Source of the DNA: Guillardia theta CCMP2712
Lineage: Eukaryota; Protista; Cryptophyta
DNA: 64,000 nucleotides
Assembly: GCF_000315625.1 (NCBI RefSeq)
Contig: NW_005434667.1
Coordinates: 797,061-861,060 of the forward strand
Direction of reading: 5' to 3'
Of this stretch, positions 36,701-48,188 are shown in pieces. The notes under the pieces were generated by a model that worked only from the letters and a program-made list of their open reading frames with translations, made no database searches and was not told the DNA's origin. Position numbers and translations under genes: made by a program. Every line of letters begins with the position of its first letter. Position 1 is the stretch's first letter.

Positions 36701-39700
36701 GAACAATTCGCTCTGCCGCTCCTTCGAGCTGAACCCCAAGGCTGTCTTCATGCTCACCAACCAGCTCCACAAGCGATCGCCGGCCCATCGCTTCCACTAC
36801 ATCAACGTCCTCGAGTACATCTGGTCTGCCATGATCTCCTCTCGCCCTCTCCTCGAGGCCATGAGGATCCTGCACATCGACGAGCTCTGCTCTTCCCTCG
36901 TCCACGTCATCTCGCTGGGAGCCGACGACAGCATGCGGCCCGCGCTGAAGCTCTGCTCCTCTCTCCTCGAGAAGGGGATGGAGCCCGTGCAGGAACGCTT
37001 CAGCCGCGTGCTCTGCAAGCCGAGCTCGGGGAGCTGCTTCCAGCAGCTCGCGAGGAGGCTGAAGACGGCAAGGGAGGAGGTGAGGGAGTTCAGGCTGATA
37101 AGCAACCAGCTCATAGCAGACAGCGAGTCGACCCTGTCGGGACGTCTCAAGACCCTCAAGGAGCTGCTGGAGGAGGCGAAGCTGAAGGAGGGCCTCGAGA
37201 CTGTTGAGCGCTCGTTCCTCCCCGAGGTCCTGCGGTTCATCCAGGCCCTCTGCCTCCGGCATCCCCTCAACCTGCAGAGGATCCTGGGAGGGGCCGTGCA
37301 TGGCGTCGATCTGTGCATGGAGGTTGCGAACCTGGTGATCGACATGCAGAAGAGTATCGACTCGATCAACATCGACAAGCTCATCATGTCGGTCAAGACG
37401 CTATGCCGGCTCACCCAGGGCCCTTGCAAGAAGAACCAGATCACCCTCACCAAGCGCTCCTCCGTGGGGTCGACCCTCAGCAGCCTCCTCCTCCGCATCG
37501 ACGACAACCCGAAGCTCGGCTACCCCGCGGACTGGAGCCTGCACAAGTACCGCCTGAGAATAGAGATCGCCAACTTCTTCACCTCCATGCTGGAGGGGCA
37601 CACGCAGGACATGTACATCGCCAAGAGGATGGGGCAGGAGCTGGACCTCCACGCCATCATCAGACTCATCGGCCACTTGTTCGACATCCACATGAGACGG
37701 TCCAGGGCTGAGCTCCCTGCCCTCCAGCTCGCGCACAAGTGCTACATCGTCCTCAAGATCCTGCATGACTGTGTTGATGACTCGTTGAAGGAGGACATCG
37801 CTCGGTACCTTGACGGCTCCTCACCCTCCGCCAACTTCTTCGCGGACACCACGGGGAGCATCGAGGTCTTCCGCCACTCCGTGCAGCGAGTTTACTTCTG
37901 CATCCCCGCCCTCTGCAAGCAAGTCCCTCCTGCGGCGAAGCAGCGCGTCCTCTGGTCCGTCGATCGCAACTCGGACATCAGCAGGCTCGCGGACTTCTGC
38001 TCCCTCGTGGATGAGGTCTACCTGGAGGTCAAGCACGGCATCTTGCTGACCTCCATCAGTCTCTTCCGCGTCTTTCACTTCCTCGCCATGATCTCTCACC
38101 GCTGCTACATCGTCAACGTCGTCCTCCTCAACCTCCTCATCTTTTTCTCCTACGGCTACGTCAAGCCTCCTGTCGCTGACCCTGAAGAGCCGTTCTTCGT
38201 CCAGGCGTCGCCCTCCAGCAGCTCCGTCGCCCTCCTCCAGCTCAACGAGACGGCCTTCGTCTTCCTCCGCGACGTTTTTGCGAGCATCCAGCTCATGTTT
38301 GAGATCCTCCTCTTCCTCTCCTACGTCCTCGAGGTCACCCCCAACTGGGTCAGGAGGCACCTCAACGAGCAAGCTCCCGCAAAGTTGCAGGTCAGCTCCA
38401 TGATGGAGCAGCGGGGTCGGAAACTCCTCTTCCTCTCCCGCTACCTCCTCGTCGCCCTCTCCGACAAGATGCTCCTGTGGAGGACCATCACTCTTGCTCT
38501 CACCCTGGGCCTCGTGGCCTTCACGGATCGCCGGAACAAAGCTGCTCTGCTCCTCTTTTCCGCCCTGCTCCTCGAGTTCTTCTCCCGCTCCCAGGCCATC
38601 GGCTTCGTCGCGCGGGCAGTGCAGGAGGGCGGGAAGGCGCTACTGCACACGCTGGGGATGGGGCTGGTGTTCATTTTCTGGTTCGGGGTCGTTGGCTTCA
38701 TTTTCTTCCCCAACCTCTTCCAGTTCCGCAAGGCAGAGATCGTCGACGGCTCCACCCAGCAGCCATGGCAGAACAACCGCAGGGTCCCCTGCGGCAACGT
38801 GTGGACCTGCATGCTGATGGTCTTAGATCAGGGGCTGAGGAAGAACGACGTCGGGGAGGCGCTGGACAAGATTCCATGGCCGACCATGACGGACGACAAG
38901 GGCCAGTGCGAGCTGTGCCTGCCGGAGGAGGTCGGTGTGTCCTGCCCTATGGTGAACCTCTGCCTTGGGGACAGGAACCTGGTCGCCTGGCCGCAGAGCA
39001 AGCTGTGGCTGCGCATCCTCTACACGTTCTGCTTCTTTGTGCTGATCTCTGCCATCTGCCTGGAGGTGATCTTCGGCATCATCATCGACTCGTTCAAAAG
39101 GCTGAGGGAGGAGAGGGAAGAAGTTCAGAAGGACATCGAGAGGAAGTGCTTCATCTGCGGCCTTCCAAGGAACTTCTTCGACTCAGAGGCTGCCGGGGGG
39201 TTTGCCGTGCATTGCAAGAGAGATCACAACATCTGGTGAAGGAGGAGGAGGAGGAGGAGGAGAGGAGGAGGAGGAGGAGAGGAGGAGGAGGAGGAGGAGA
39301 GGAGGAGGAGGAGGAGGAGGAGGAGGAGGAGGAGGAGAGGAGGAGAGGAGGAGAGGAGGAGTAAGACAGAAAAGGAAGAACAGAGGAGGAGGAGGAAGAG
39401 AAGGAGGATCCGTCATTGAGAAGCGATAGAGGGGCTCCTGGTCAGGGAGGGGGTGAAGGGGATGAGAAACCAGGGGGAAGGAGGAAGGGCAGGAGGAGAG
39501 GATGGAGAGGAGGAGTCTGAGCAGGAACTAAGTTTCCTCCCTTCCCACAGGATGTACATGTACTTCCTGGTGCATCTCAAACAGAAGGACGTGCTTGATA
39601 TGGACGGCATCGAGTTCTACGTATGGAAGAGATGGGAGCGCAGGGATTTCTCCTTCTTCCCCATCGGCTGCTCGCTCAACATCCAGGGGCCTCACAAGCA

Positions 39701-40256
39701 CAGTGCAGGAAACCTTTCGGTATGTCCTCGCACCCCTGCCTGCCTCCCCCTCTCCTGCCTCCCTCCTCCCTTTCTTTCCTCCTCCCTCCTGCACTCCTTC
39801 CTACTTCCTCTTCCTCCTCCAACTTGTCCCGTATATAGCCCTGTCCTCTCCCTCTCCTCCCACGTCTCGCTCCTCTCTTCTCTTTCCTGAGCCTCTCCAC
39901 AGCGTCAGGTCCACGAGCTTGAAAGGAACGTCAGAGGAGAACTGTAAGAAAACTGGAATCTGTCAGAGCAAAGAGGCTTGACCGTTAAACTTGCAGGTCA
40001 AAGTTCAACGTCAAATTGAGCCATATGGTCAAGGCTTTCACTACTGGAGGTCTATTTAAGGTAAAAATTCTCCTCCTTGTCCTCCTCCTCGATCTTGCTG
40101 CTCCTGCTGCCGCTGCCGCTGCTTCTCATCCCCTTTCACTACTCTCACTTCCTCCTCCAGCATTCCCGAGACATCAGGCAGGCATACGACAGCATCATCA
40201 CGGAGATCGCGGAGAGGAGGAGAGTTCTTGATACCTACTCTCCACTCCGCCTCTGA
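30762..40256 (+). CDS. Inositol 1,4,5-trisphosphate receptor-like Ca2+ release channel (multi-exon)
   Basis: Suppressor domain 'LRIGDKLALF...GFL..DG...RDFECCLFQV'; MIR 'GRTVRYGQTFQLKHVRSCKYLTV'; RIH domain; 'L..LTQGPCKKNQ'; 'GSIEV....QRVYF'; TM helices; 'IFGIIIDSFKRLR', 'CFICGL', 'HCKRDHNIWMYMYFLVHL..K..DG.E.YV...FFP'. Confidence 0.93.
39240..39410. repeat. (GAG)n tract in the IP3R-like gene's intron
   Basis: Between donor GT at about 39236 and acceptor AG at about 39550. Confidence 0.9.
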
Positions 40257-40308
40257 TATCATCGACATTCGTTTATTCTCATCACTTCATACATACTCTA
40301 CATGCCCC

Positions 40309-43272
40309 TCAGCTCAACGACTTGGGCAGGGCTGCCAGCTGTTTCTTTCCTCCGGGCGAGCTGGGCACAGCTGGTTGAGATTGAAAAGTTTCCCCTAGCT
40401 CGGCCTGTGCACAAACCCCGTCACAAGCACGCTCCTCCTTGTCAGACGCTCGTCACCTGTAACGCTGTCTGGTCCTGGTAGAGGAGGAGAAGCCTCTCCT
40501 TCTCCTTCTGGACTTCAAAGAGCTTCCGAGTTATCTCGATCTGACGCACTTGTCACATCTCTGCCTCCTCCTCCTCCTCCTCCCGCCCCTCAGCACACCT
40601 CCCTCCTCCATTCCTCTCTCACCACTTCTTTCTGCCCCTTGTCCTCCGTCTCCTGTGCCTCCTGCCTGAGCCGCGAGATCATAGCTTCCTGAGCCTGCAG
40701 CTGCTGCACAGCGACGGCGAACTTGCTGCGGAACTTCTCCTTAAATTTGCTCGCCAACCCTCTGAACTTCTTAGCCTTCTTCTTCAAGTCTGCAAGAGGA
40801 GAGTCAAGCTCTGCAGGAGGAGACGGACGAGGGACGGTAGAGGAGAAGGAGACTAGGAGGAGAGAGTGGAATCGGCCTGGGCAGTGAGGAGGAGGAGGAG
40901 GAGGTTCTTGACCTGTCAGCTGCTCTCGCATCTTCCGCTCGCTGTCCTCGTAGGTCGCAATGATGGACTTCGTCTCCTCCTCCATCTGAGACGGAACAGG
41001 ACAAAGTGAGACAGAAGAAGAAGGAGAGGCGAGGAGATTGAGGAAGGGAAGGGGCAGGGGCAGGTAAGGGAAAGGGGAGACACCAACAACCTTCTTCAGC
41101 TTCTTCTCAGTCTCTGCTTGCTCCTTCTCGAAACTTTGCTGGGACTTCTCAATCTCTCTCTTCAGTCTATTGTTCGCGTCTTCGAAGATCCTGATTGGGA
41201 GTGTGAAGGGCAGAGCAGACCACTGAGAGAGCAAAGACCTGTTCTCATCCTTGATAATCTCATAGTCTCGGGTCACCTACGTCAAGACATCAGTTCTTCA
41301 AACCATCCCTCGCCATCCAGACATGTCAAAGGAAACAGAAAAGGAAGACGGAAGGAAGAGATGGAGCGAAGAGATACAGGGAAGGGAAGTCAGCGAGGGA
41401 TGGAAGGAACGGATCGTGTCGCAGTCGACATGGCGGGGATGTGAACACCTTCGTCAGAGATTCTTCCGCGCTCTGCTTCTGTTTGACGACTTCATCGAGC
41501 TTGCAGGTAAGCTCCTCCTTCTCCTTCTCGAGAACTCTCTTCATCTGCGATCACATCACCTCGAGCATGCATGTCCTCACCGCAGCAAGCACCTGCAGCA
41601 TCTCGTTCAAGTCGCTCTCCACCTGTTTGGCCCTGACCCAGCTCGTCAGTCATTCTGGCCCCGAAGGACAAGGAGAAGAAACTGACTGCTTGCTGTTGTT
41701 CTCGATCTCGAATATGAGTTTGTTCCTGCTGCTTTCTGCTTCGTTCAGTCGATTTTGCAGGTCTTCCTCGCGATTCTGCTTGAACATTCAGAGACGAACC
41801 TCTCAAATGACAGACTGCAAACCTTCCAGTTCTCGACCTCTGCTTCTCTCTTCTCACTCTCTCTCCGCATCTGTTCCTCCATCTTCGCCACGTCCAAGTC
41901 AAGGCCAGCCGTTCACCTCCTCTGCCACAGTTCAAACCTTGGCGATCTTCTTCATGTTTTCTTCTCTCAGAGCAGAAATTTTCTTTTGCACATTCTCATC
42001 CGCGTAGTCTTGCGAAGCTCTCATGTTGACCTGCTGGAAAAGTCAAACACAAAGAACAAATGTCATTTGTGCTTCACGTCACTGAAAGTACTTGACAACA
42101 CACACGATATAGGAACAAGCACAGGAACTTGACAGACAGTGAGGCATTTCACCTGGAGCTCTGCCTGCATCGATTCGGCCTTGCTGATGGTCATCTTCAG
42201 CTGCTGTCTCTCCTTGCTCCACGAGCTTCGCTCCTCCTCTATCTCTCTCAACAAACTCCTCTGCATCGACTTCATGCTGAAGTCCATCTCATCCAACTTC
42301 CTCTGCAAGACGGAGTTCTCCCGCTCCCACTCCTGCACCAAACAACAAGATCCACGTCACCCAACAGAAACCGGCAGGTCTACAGCCCACCAGCAGCTTA
42401 GCTTCAGTCCGCTTGTGCCCCTCTGTCTCCTGTTCCAACTCTCGTTCCAGGTGCGATATCTTCCTCCTGAGGTCGTCCATCATGAAGTCTTTCTTGGAGC
42501 TCTCCGTAGCCATCTGATCCATCTTGTCCTTGACCTCCTGCCCCGCTACCTCCTTGGCCACCCTCAGCGCCTCCTTCTCTGACCTCAGGTCGGCTATCTC
42601 CCCCAGCAGCTTCTTCTCCTTCACCTTGAGGGATTGGACCTCTCTTTGCAGCACGTTGATCTCCTGCACTTCTGTCGTGTCGTCCAGAGCTGCCTGCAGC
42701 CCTGAGATCCTGATGTTCAGCTCTGCCTCGATCGCCCGATGCTTCTCCGTCGCCTCCAGCATGTCCTGCTCGTGCTCAGCCTGCATCTGGTCCTTCTCGA
42801 ACTTAAGCTTCTCCAGCTGCCTCCTCAGCTGGAAGTAAGACTCGCGCTGCTTCTCGAGCTCTTCCTCTAGCATGTCTGCCCTCTGCCGTATCGGCGTCTC
42901 CAGCTCCTCCGCCATCCTCATCCTGATCTCATCGAGCTCCCTAGGGGGAATGATCTGACTGCGCAGCTCTTCGAACTGCTTCGCCTTGATGTCGAGCTCT
43001 GCTTTCCACTGCGCATGCTGCATGTCTCTCTCCTTGACCATCTTGGAGAGTTCGATCCTTGTGCTCTCGTGCTCGTACTTCTCTTCATTCAACTTATCCT
43101 GCAGGGCCTGATATGCAATCTTGAGAGTTTCAAAGTTTGACCTCAGCTCGTCGTTTTCTTCCTGGGCCTCTTTGAAGAGAGACATGGCCTTCTGCGCATT
43201 TCTCTGCGCTTCTGAGTACCTAGCACTCAGGTCTGAGAGCTGGTTGTTTCTACGTTCAAGGTCAGCCTCCAT
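40309..43272 (-). CDS. CEP83: CEP83/CCDC41-like centriolar coiled-coil protein (multi-exon; start may be further upstream)
   Basis: 'NFETLK...KAKQFEELRSQIIPPRELDEIRMRMAEELETPIRQR...EELEKQRESYFQLR' resembles the CEP83 'QVLTPQKLELLR..IQQELETPMRER' segment; long heptad pattern throughout. Confidence 0.72.
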
Positions 43273-43867
43273 GGTGTTTCAAGTAGTTTGTTGTCCTCCA
43301 CGCCAGAGGTTCCGTTCAAAGTTCTCGACGAGGCTGCATGCAGAGGAGAGGGTAAAGAGCGCAGGACACCTGTCGGATCAGAGTCATCGGCGCCATTTCA
43401 TCCTCTTCTCGCTCACCTTGCCATCTTCATCTACACACTGCCCAGCCATTGCGCTCCCCTTCCGTTGGCCTGCCATGTCTCGCCACCTTTTTAAAAATTG
43501 AGCTCCCCAAATGAAAAACTTCCCAAACTTCCAAAACTCCCGAGCACCCAAACTTTCATTCAGGTTTGAACTTGTTCCCTTGTTTTTGTAATCGAGATTT
43601 CAAGTTTGAAAAGTCTTATTTATTTTTTCAAAACTATCACTACTGCTTGCCTCGGCATGCTCATCGCCCAAACACCATGGTCAGGTTGCAGTCGGCCATG
43701 GCTTGAGCTTGTGTTGCCGCTTTGCTAGCTTCGTCCTCTCTTCATACCGATCATTGTCTTCCCTCTTGCCTTCTCTCCTTCCATATCCTCCTCTATTCTC
43801 TCTTCCAACATCGCTCATTCACCTGCCTTTCTTCCGTCATCCTAGCCTGTCCTTTGCTCCTAGTGTC

Positions 43868-44329
43868 ATGTCCGAGCCTCTTGCGTTGAGGCTGATCTAC
43901 TCAGTGGTACCGCGGTCCCTTGCAGAAACCATTTGGCCAAAGAATGCTTCGCTCGGAAGGAAGGTACGCCTTCTACATGATACTCGAGGCGAGGAACCTT
44001 GACGAGCATCTCAGGTGGCGGTCATGTTTCAAGTAGGGTTTGCTGTCGGTGCAAGCATGGAGTTATTCATGGTCAAAACGGGTTTCTATGAAGTTGCGAC
44101 ACGCAAAGAGGCGGAGAGGAGGGCCATGTACAGGCAGCAGCTTGAAGAAGCGAAGCAGGAGAAGCTCAGGAGAAAGCAAGAGAGAATGGTGCAACAGCGA
44201 CTGCAAGCACGAGCAGAGCTTGAACAAGAGCTGTCTACTTTGAGATTACGTGAGAAGGAGACGGGAGAAAAGTTTGCCGAGCGCAAGCGTGAGATCAAGA
44301 AAGCCTTGAAGGAATGGCAGCCGCTTTAG
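43868..44329 (+). CDS. SMIM4/UQCC5 (UPF0640)-like small mitochondrial membrane protein, 2 exons
   Basis: 'GFAVGASMELFMVKTGFYEVATRKEAERR' motif; GT-AG intron at about 43964-44014. Confidence 0.7.
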
Positions 44330-44937
44330 ATCAGCACCAAGGCGGTTCAGACAAGCCGTAGTGCGATGTTTCTTACTTCCTTCGCCTTCTCTTCTCCACA
44401 TCCTGCTCTCCGTCTGGTCCTCCCTGTGCATCTATTTTTCCGGCTCCAAGGGATCTCCAGTGTGAAGGTAAAAGAAGCCTTGTGATTATGTTGTACAATG
44501 GCGGAGGGAAGCAGTGGAGAGATGATGTTGAGGAGGAGACTGAGAGTGTTGCTGCCGACTTCCGGCTTGTCGAATGCGATCTAGGAAGGCAAGAGGGCCG
44601 AAGACAAGAAGGAGAAATGATTTCAATACAGAGAAGTTCAACTACACTCCTCCTTCCGTACAGGCTCTGCCGCCACTCATTCAATGCTGCCATCTGATCA
44701 CTGTCTGACGGTCCTGCATATCCGAGTCCGAATCCCCAACAGTCCGCTTCCCTGAGCTCCGGGCTACACCATGACTGACATCGTGGGCATGAGACCTTTG
44801 AACTACAGTGACTGCGGCTGACTCGCCGTGACAAGCTTGCCCCAGAAGCTTCGACGAAGGCAGCAACAATGTATAGGCAGTTCGAAGACGTAGGATCGAA
44901 TTCAAAAAGTCGACAAGAGCTGAATTTGACTAGGGCG

Positions 44938-46475
44938 ATGGCGGGTGGCACGGAGGAGGGGAGGGGAGCCTGGGGTGTGGGGAGGAAGACGCTGATTGTG
45001 ACGGGGAAGGCATCTTCAGGCAAGAGCTCAGTCATATCCTCATGGTTTCCTGGTGAGAACCCTACCTATCATGCCGCCGTCAAACTTTGAATGGCCCATC
45101 TCGTTCCCTTACACTCGCTGCAGGGAAAAGGGTGGCAGAGAGGGGAGTTTCGGAAGTTCTGCAAATCGCATGCGTAGAAGGTGGGCAGGAATTTAAAGCA
45201 GAGATTATTGATCTTGCAGGAGCTGATATGCACCTGACTGAAGCTCGGGACTGCCTGGACGATGCGTCGGCAATCGTATACGTGCTCAAACCAAACCACG
45301 AAGAACCCAATCCGTCCAGAGGTTGGCAAGAGGATGATTTCATCTGGAATACCTTCATCACCCGGGAAAACAAGGATCGAGTTGTCCTCCTCCTGTTCCA
45401 AGATGCATCCTGGGATGGCAAATTCTGCTCGCAGATCGGCTCCATTTTCAACCTGGTGGAGCACTACACTGCTATGGATCGGTTCTCTGCTGTCATACAT
45501 GTCAACGTTGCATCTGGCGAAGGCATCCGAGAAAGTTTTCAGCGCGCTGTCGAGGCTGTACAAAGTGGCCCTCGCTCTGTGAGGCAAGCTATTGTAAAGC
45601 TGGGTACCTGGAAGATCATTCAGACCATGCCCCTCCTTTCTTCCAAGAGCTCCATCTCAGAGCTCGAGGTTCCAACAGAATCACAAAGAAAGCGGACGAC
45701 TGAAAGCTCTCGTTCTCTTGAACCACAAAAAGAAGTGAAGCCCGTTGTCGATCAAGGCTCTGCCTCGCGAACCGGTTGGCAGAAAGTAAGAAAGTTTGTA
45801 CAGCAAAAGAAATATGACATCGTTGAGCTCAAACCTGTGGTGGTAGAGCAAGCGTCACTACAAAAACTGCCAGTGCGATCAACAGGATCAAGTGAAAGTC
45901 GCCCAGGTTCCGTTAAGAGCACAACATCTGAGCAACAGGATTCTGTATTTGCGCGATCACCGTCCCCAGCCCTGTCGTTCAGCTCTGATGTGTCGGTAGA
46001 GCCTCCTCATGCACTTTCAGAAAGCGTGTTGCAAGACATCCGAGAGGAAGCCAACAAAGTCATTCTTGCTCAGGCAGCAAGTCAAGAAGATGCTGCTGAC
46101 GGAAAGCCAGTTAAGGTCCCAAAGTTAGAGGAGCCAAGGCTGTTTCAAGGTCAGAGAACACCCAAGGAAATCTTTCCTCCTGCCAAACTCAATCATGTCA
46201 AAGAGGAGCTCATGCCAGAGGTTGTCAGCGAGAGGGATAAGTATTTTTCTCTGTCCGAAAGCGAAACGAGCGACCGTTCTCGTGAAGCGAATGACCGTAA
46301 TTTTCCAATTCGGACGCTCTCCGCAAGTACAAATTTTCAAAGAGCGGGATCAGGGGTTTCTGATGCGTTTCGCATTCTGCTACAAATCTTCCCGCATAGG
46401 AGCGCCGATGTCTTCGAGTTGGAGAATTTGGAACGACGAATGCAAGCAATCGTGACAAGATACACGGCATTGTAA
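44938..46475 (+). CDS. Atypical Ras-superfamily-like GTPase domain with long S/E-rich C-terminal tail, 2 exons
   Basis: P-loop 'LIVTGKASSGKSS', G3 'IIDLAG', G5-like 'NVASGEGIRESF'; no clear NKxD; intron about 45053-45123. Confidence 0.65.
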
Positions 46476-46661
46476 TGTGATATCAGCGAGCATGAGAATT
46501 CAAACAGATGTAAGTGAATTTGTTCTTTTTCGAAAAAAATTTCTTTATTTGCTGTGGAATCAAGATTTACACTAGTACTAGAGAGGGTGTACTGAGACGG
46601 GAAAAATAATATCACAAAAGCACCAGAAAAACATTGCTTTTGTTAAAATCCACTGGTTTTT

Positions 46662-47087
46662 TCAGAACTTCCTCCGTTTCATCGCCTTCATAATTTCTTT
46701 TCCAATGATTCTGTTGTACTTTTGTCTTATCCTGCAGTCGACGTTGAAGAATTCTCTTTCAATCCAATCTCCTTCATTTGTAGGGCAAGATTCGATAAAC
46801 CGTCTCTTGCCCAAACACCGTTTTGGCGTATTCAAGCTGTCCAACAGTTCGCTGAGGTCAAGGGGCGCATTGTATGCAGCAACTTCGTCAATGAACTGAT
46901 CCTCGCTCTCTTCCAACTGAAACATCTCATCCAGAAGCTCGACAGACCCCTCAGAACCCGATAGCGATCTAGGCTTTTTGCACAGATCGCCTTCGGACGA
47001 GGATCGTTTCATGGATGAAAACTGTTTGAGAGGGGAATGCTCAGCAGAAGAGCATCGCAAGAGTTCGTCAAAGTCGGTAATGGCCAT
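46662..47087 (-). CDS. Hypothetical 141-aa protein with basic C-terminus (possible NLS)
   Basis: Clean ATG-to-stop ORF flanked by AT-rich non-coding DNA; ends 'KAMKRRKF'. Confidence 0.6.
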   Translation of the reverse strand: MAITDFDELLRCSSAEHSPLKQFSSMKRSSSEGDLCKKPRSLSGSEGSVELLDEMFQLEESEDQFIDEVAAYNAPLDLSELLDSLNTPKRCLGKRRFIESCPTNEGDWIEREFFNVDCRIRQKYNRIIGKEIMKAMKRRKF

Positions 47088-47645
47088 GTTGAGTATGGGA
47101 AGAAGGAGTGTACGGAAGTGAAATTGGAGTGTTTATGTAGTTGTTGGGCGAGTGGAGCACTACTTGAAGGGTTGCTCCACCGCCCCTTCCCTCCCTTTTT
47201 GTGCTGTTTCTTGGAGCGACCCCTGGTGTAAATTTCGAAAGAGACTTTTTTCGATGATCTCTGCGTCCCCTTTGTTAAAAGCAGTTATGAATAAAACTAT
47301 TTTTGCAACTTTTCAAATAAAGAAACTTTGTTATGATATGAAATCGCTTTATTTGATATTCTTCGCTGTCTGTCATCGCGTCTCATGCACTTGGCACGGA
47401 TGAATGTGGCCGGCCACCCCCCAGCCCCCTTCTGGTGCATTTTGACATGACCCCTAAGTTTTTCAATATACCCCTTATTTAGCACATATTTTTAGGGAAA
47501 ATCAGGGTACTTTTGATACATGTTGGTACCCCCACCCATGAAGTTCCACCCTACCCTAATTTTCCCCCTCACAATTAGCGAAGAAGTTGGACATGATCCA
47601 TCCGTGACCTGCGACTCCTACAATACAAATAAAACCGACATTCCC

Positions 47646-47836
47646 CCGGATACTTCCACCGAAGTTCAAAAGATAGATCCGGATACTGCTTACGGATACT
47701 TCTCACGGATACTTTTCGTGGGATAAGTTTCGGATACTTTTTGTCCGGATACTTTTTGTCCGGATACTTTTTGTCCGGATACTTTTGTTTTGTCCGGATA
47801 CTCATTATCCGGAATCTCGGATACTTTAGCGGATAC
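47646..47836. repeat. Array of about 13 CGGATAC(T) motifs with short variable spacers (central 15-bp tandem CCGGATACTTTTTGT)
   Basis: Cores at about 47647, 47680, 47693, 47706, (47720), 47731, 47746, 47761, 47776, 47795, (47810), 47818, 47830. Confidence 0.92.
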
Positions 47837-48188
47837 GCTTTGCGCGATTGAGTAAAACATCTTTACACGGAGAAAAATGAGAATGTGGAAGCGATGGAGG
47901 GGTTTGGAGCCAGAAGAGCAATGAGGAGGAGGAGGAGGAGGAGGAGGAGGAGGAGGAGGAGGAGGAGGCAGGACAAGAATTTGAGGAGTCGAGTCGAGTC
48001 GTGTAATACACGCAGAGGGGGGAGAGGAAGAAGGAGCGAAGGGTAAAGGGATTGAGGTTGAGTATGGTTTCGTGGAGGTTTTTTGGGACGCTCTGCCCAG
48101 CGCTGCGATTGTGAGGAGAAAGAGATACGAACGAAAAAGACATGATGTGCAGACTTTGTTTGATGCGATCTTCTTGCCAGGCATAGCT

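Noticed and set aside
33590-38372. Many long antisense ORFs inside the IP3R-like exon
   Set aside because: Expected shadow ORFs from high GC3 codon bias; no domain motifs.
47646-47836. CRISPR array
   Set aside because: The core is only 7-8 bp with mostly 4-12 bp spacers, some identical; no cas genes; eukaryotic context.
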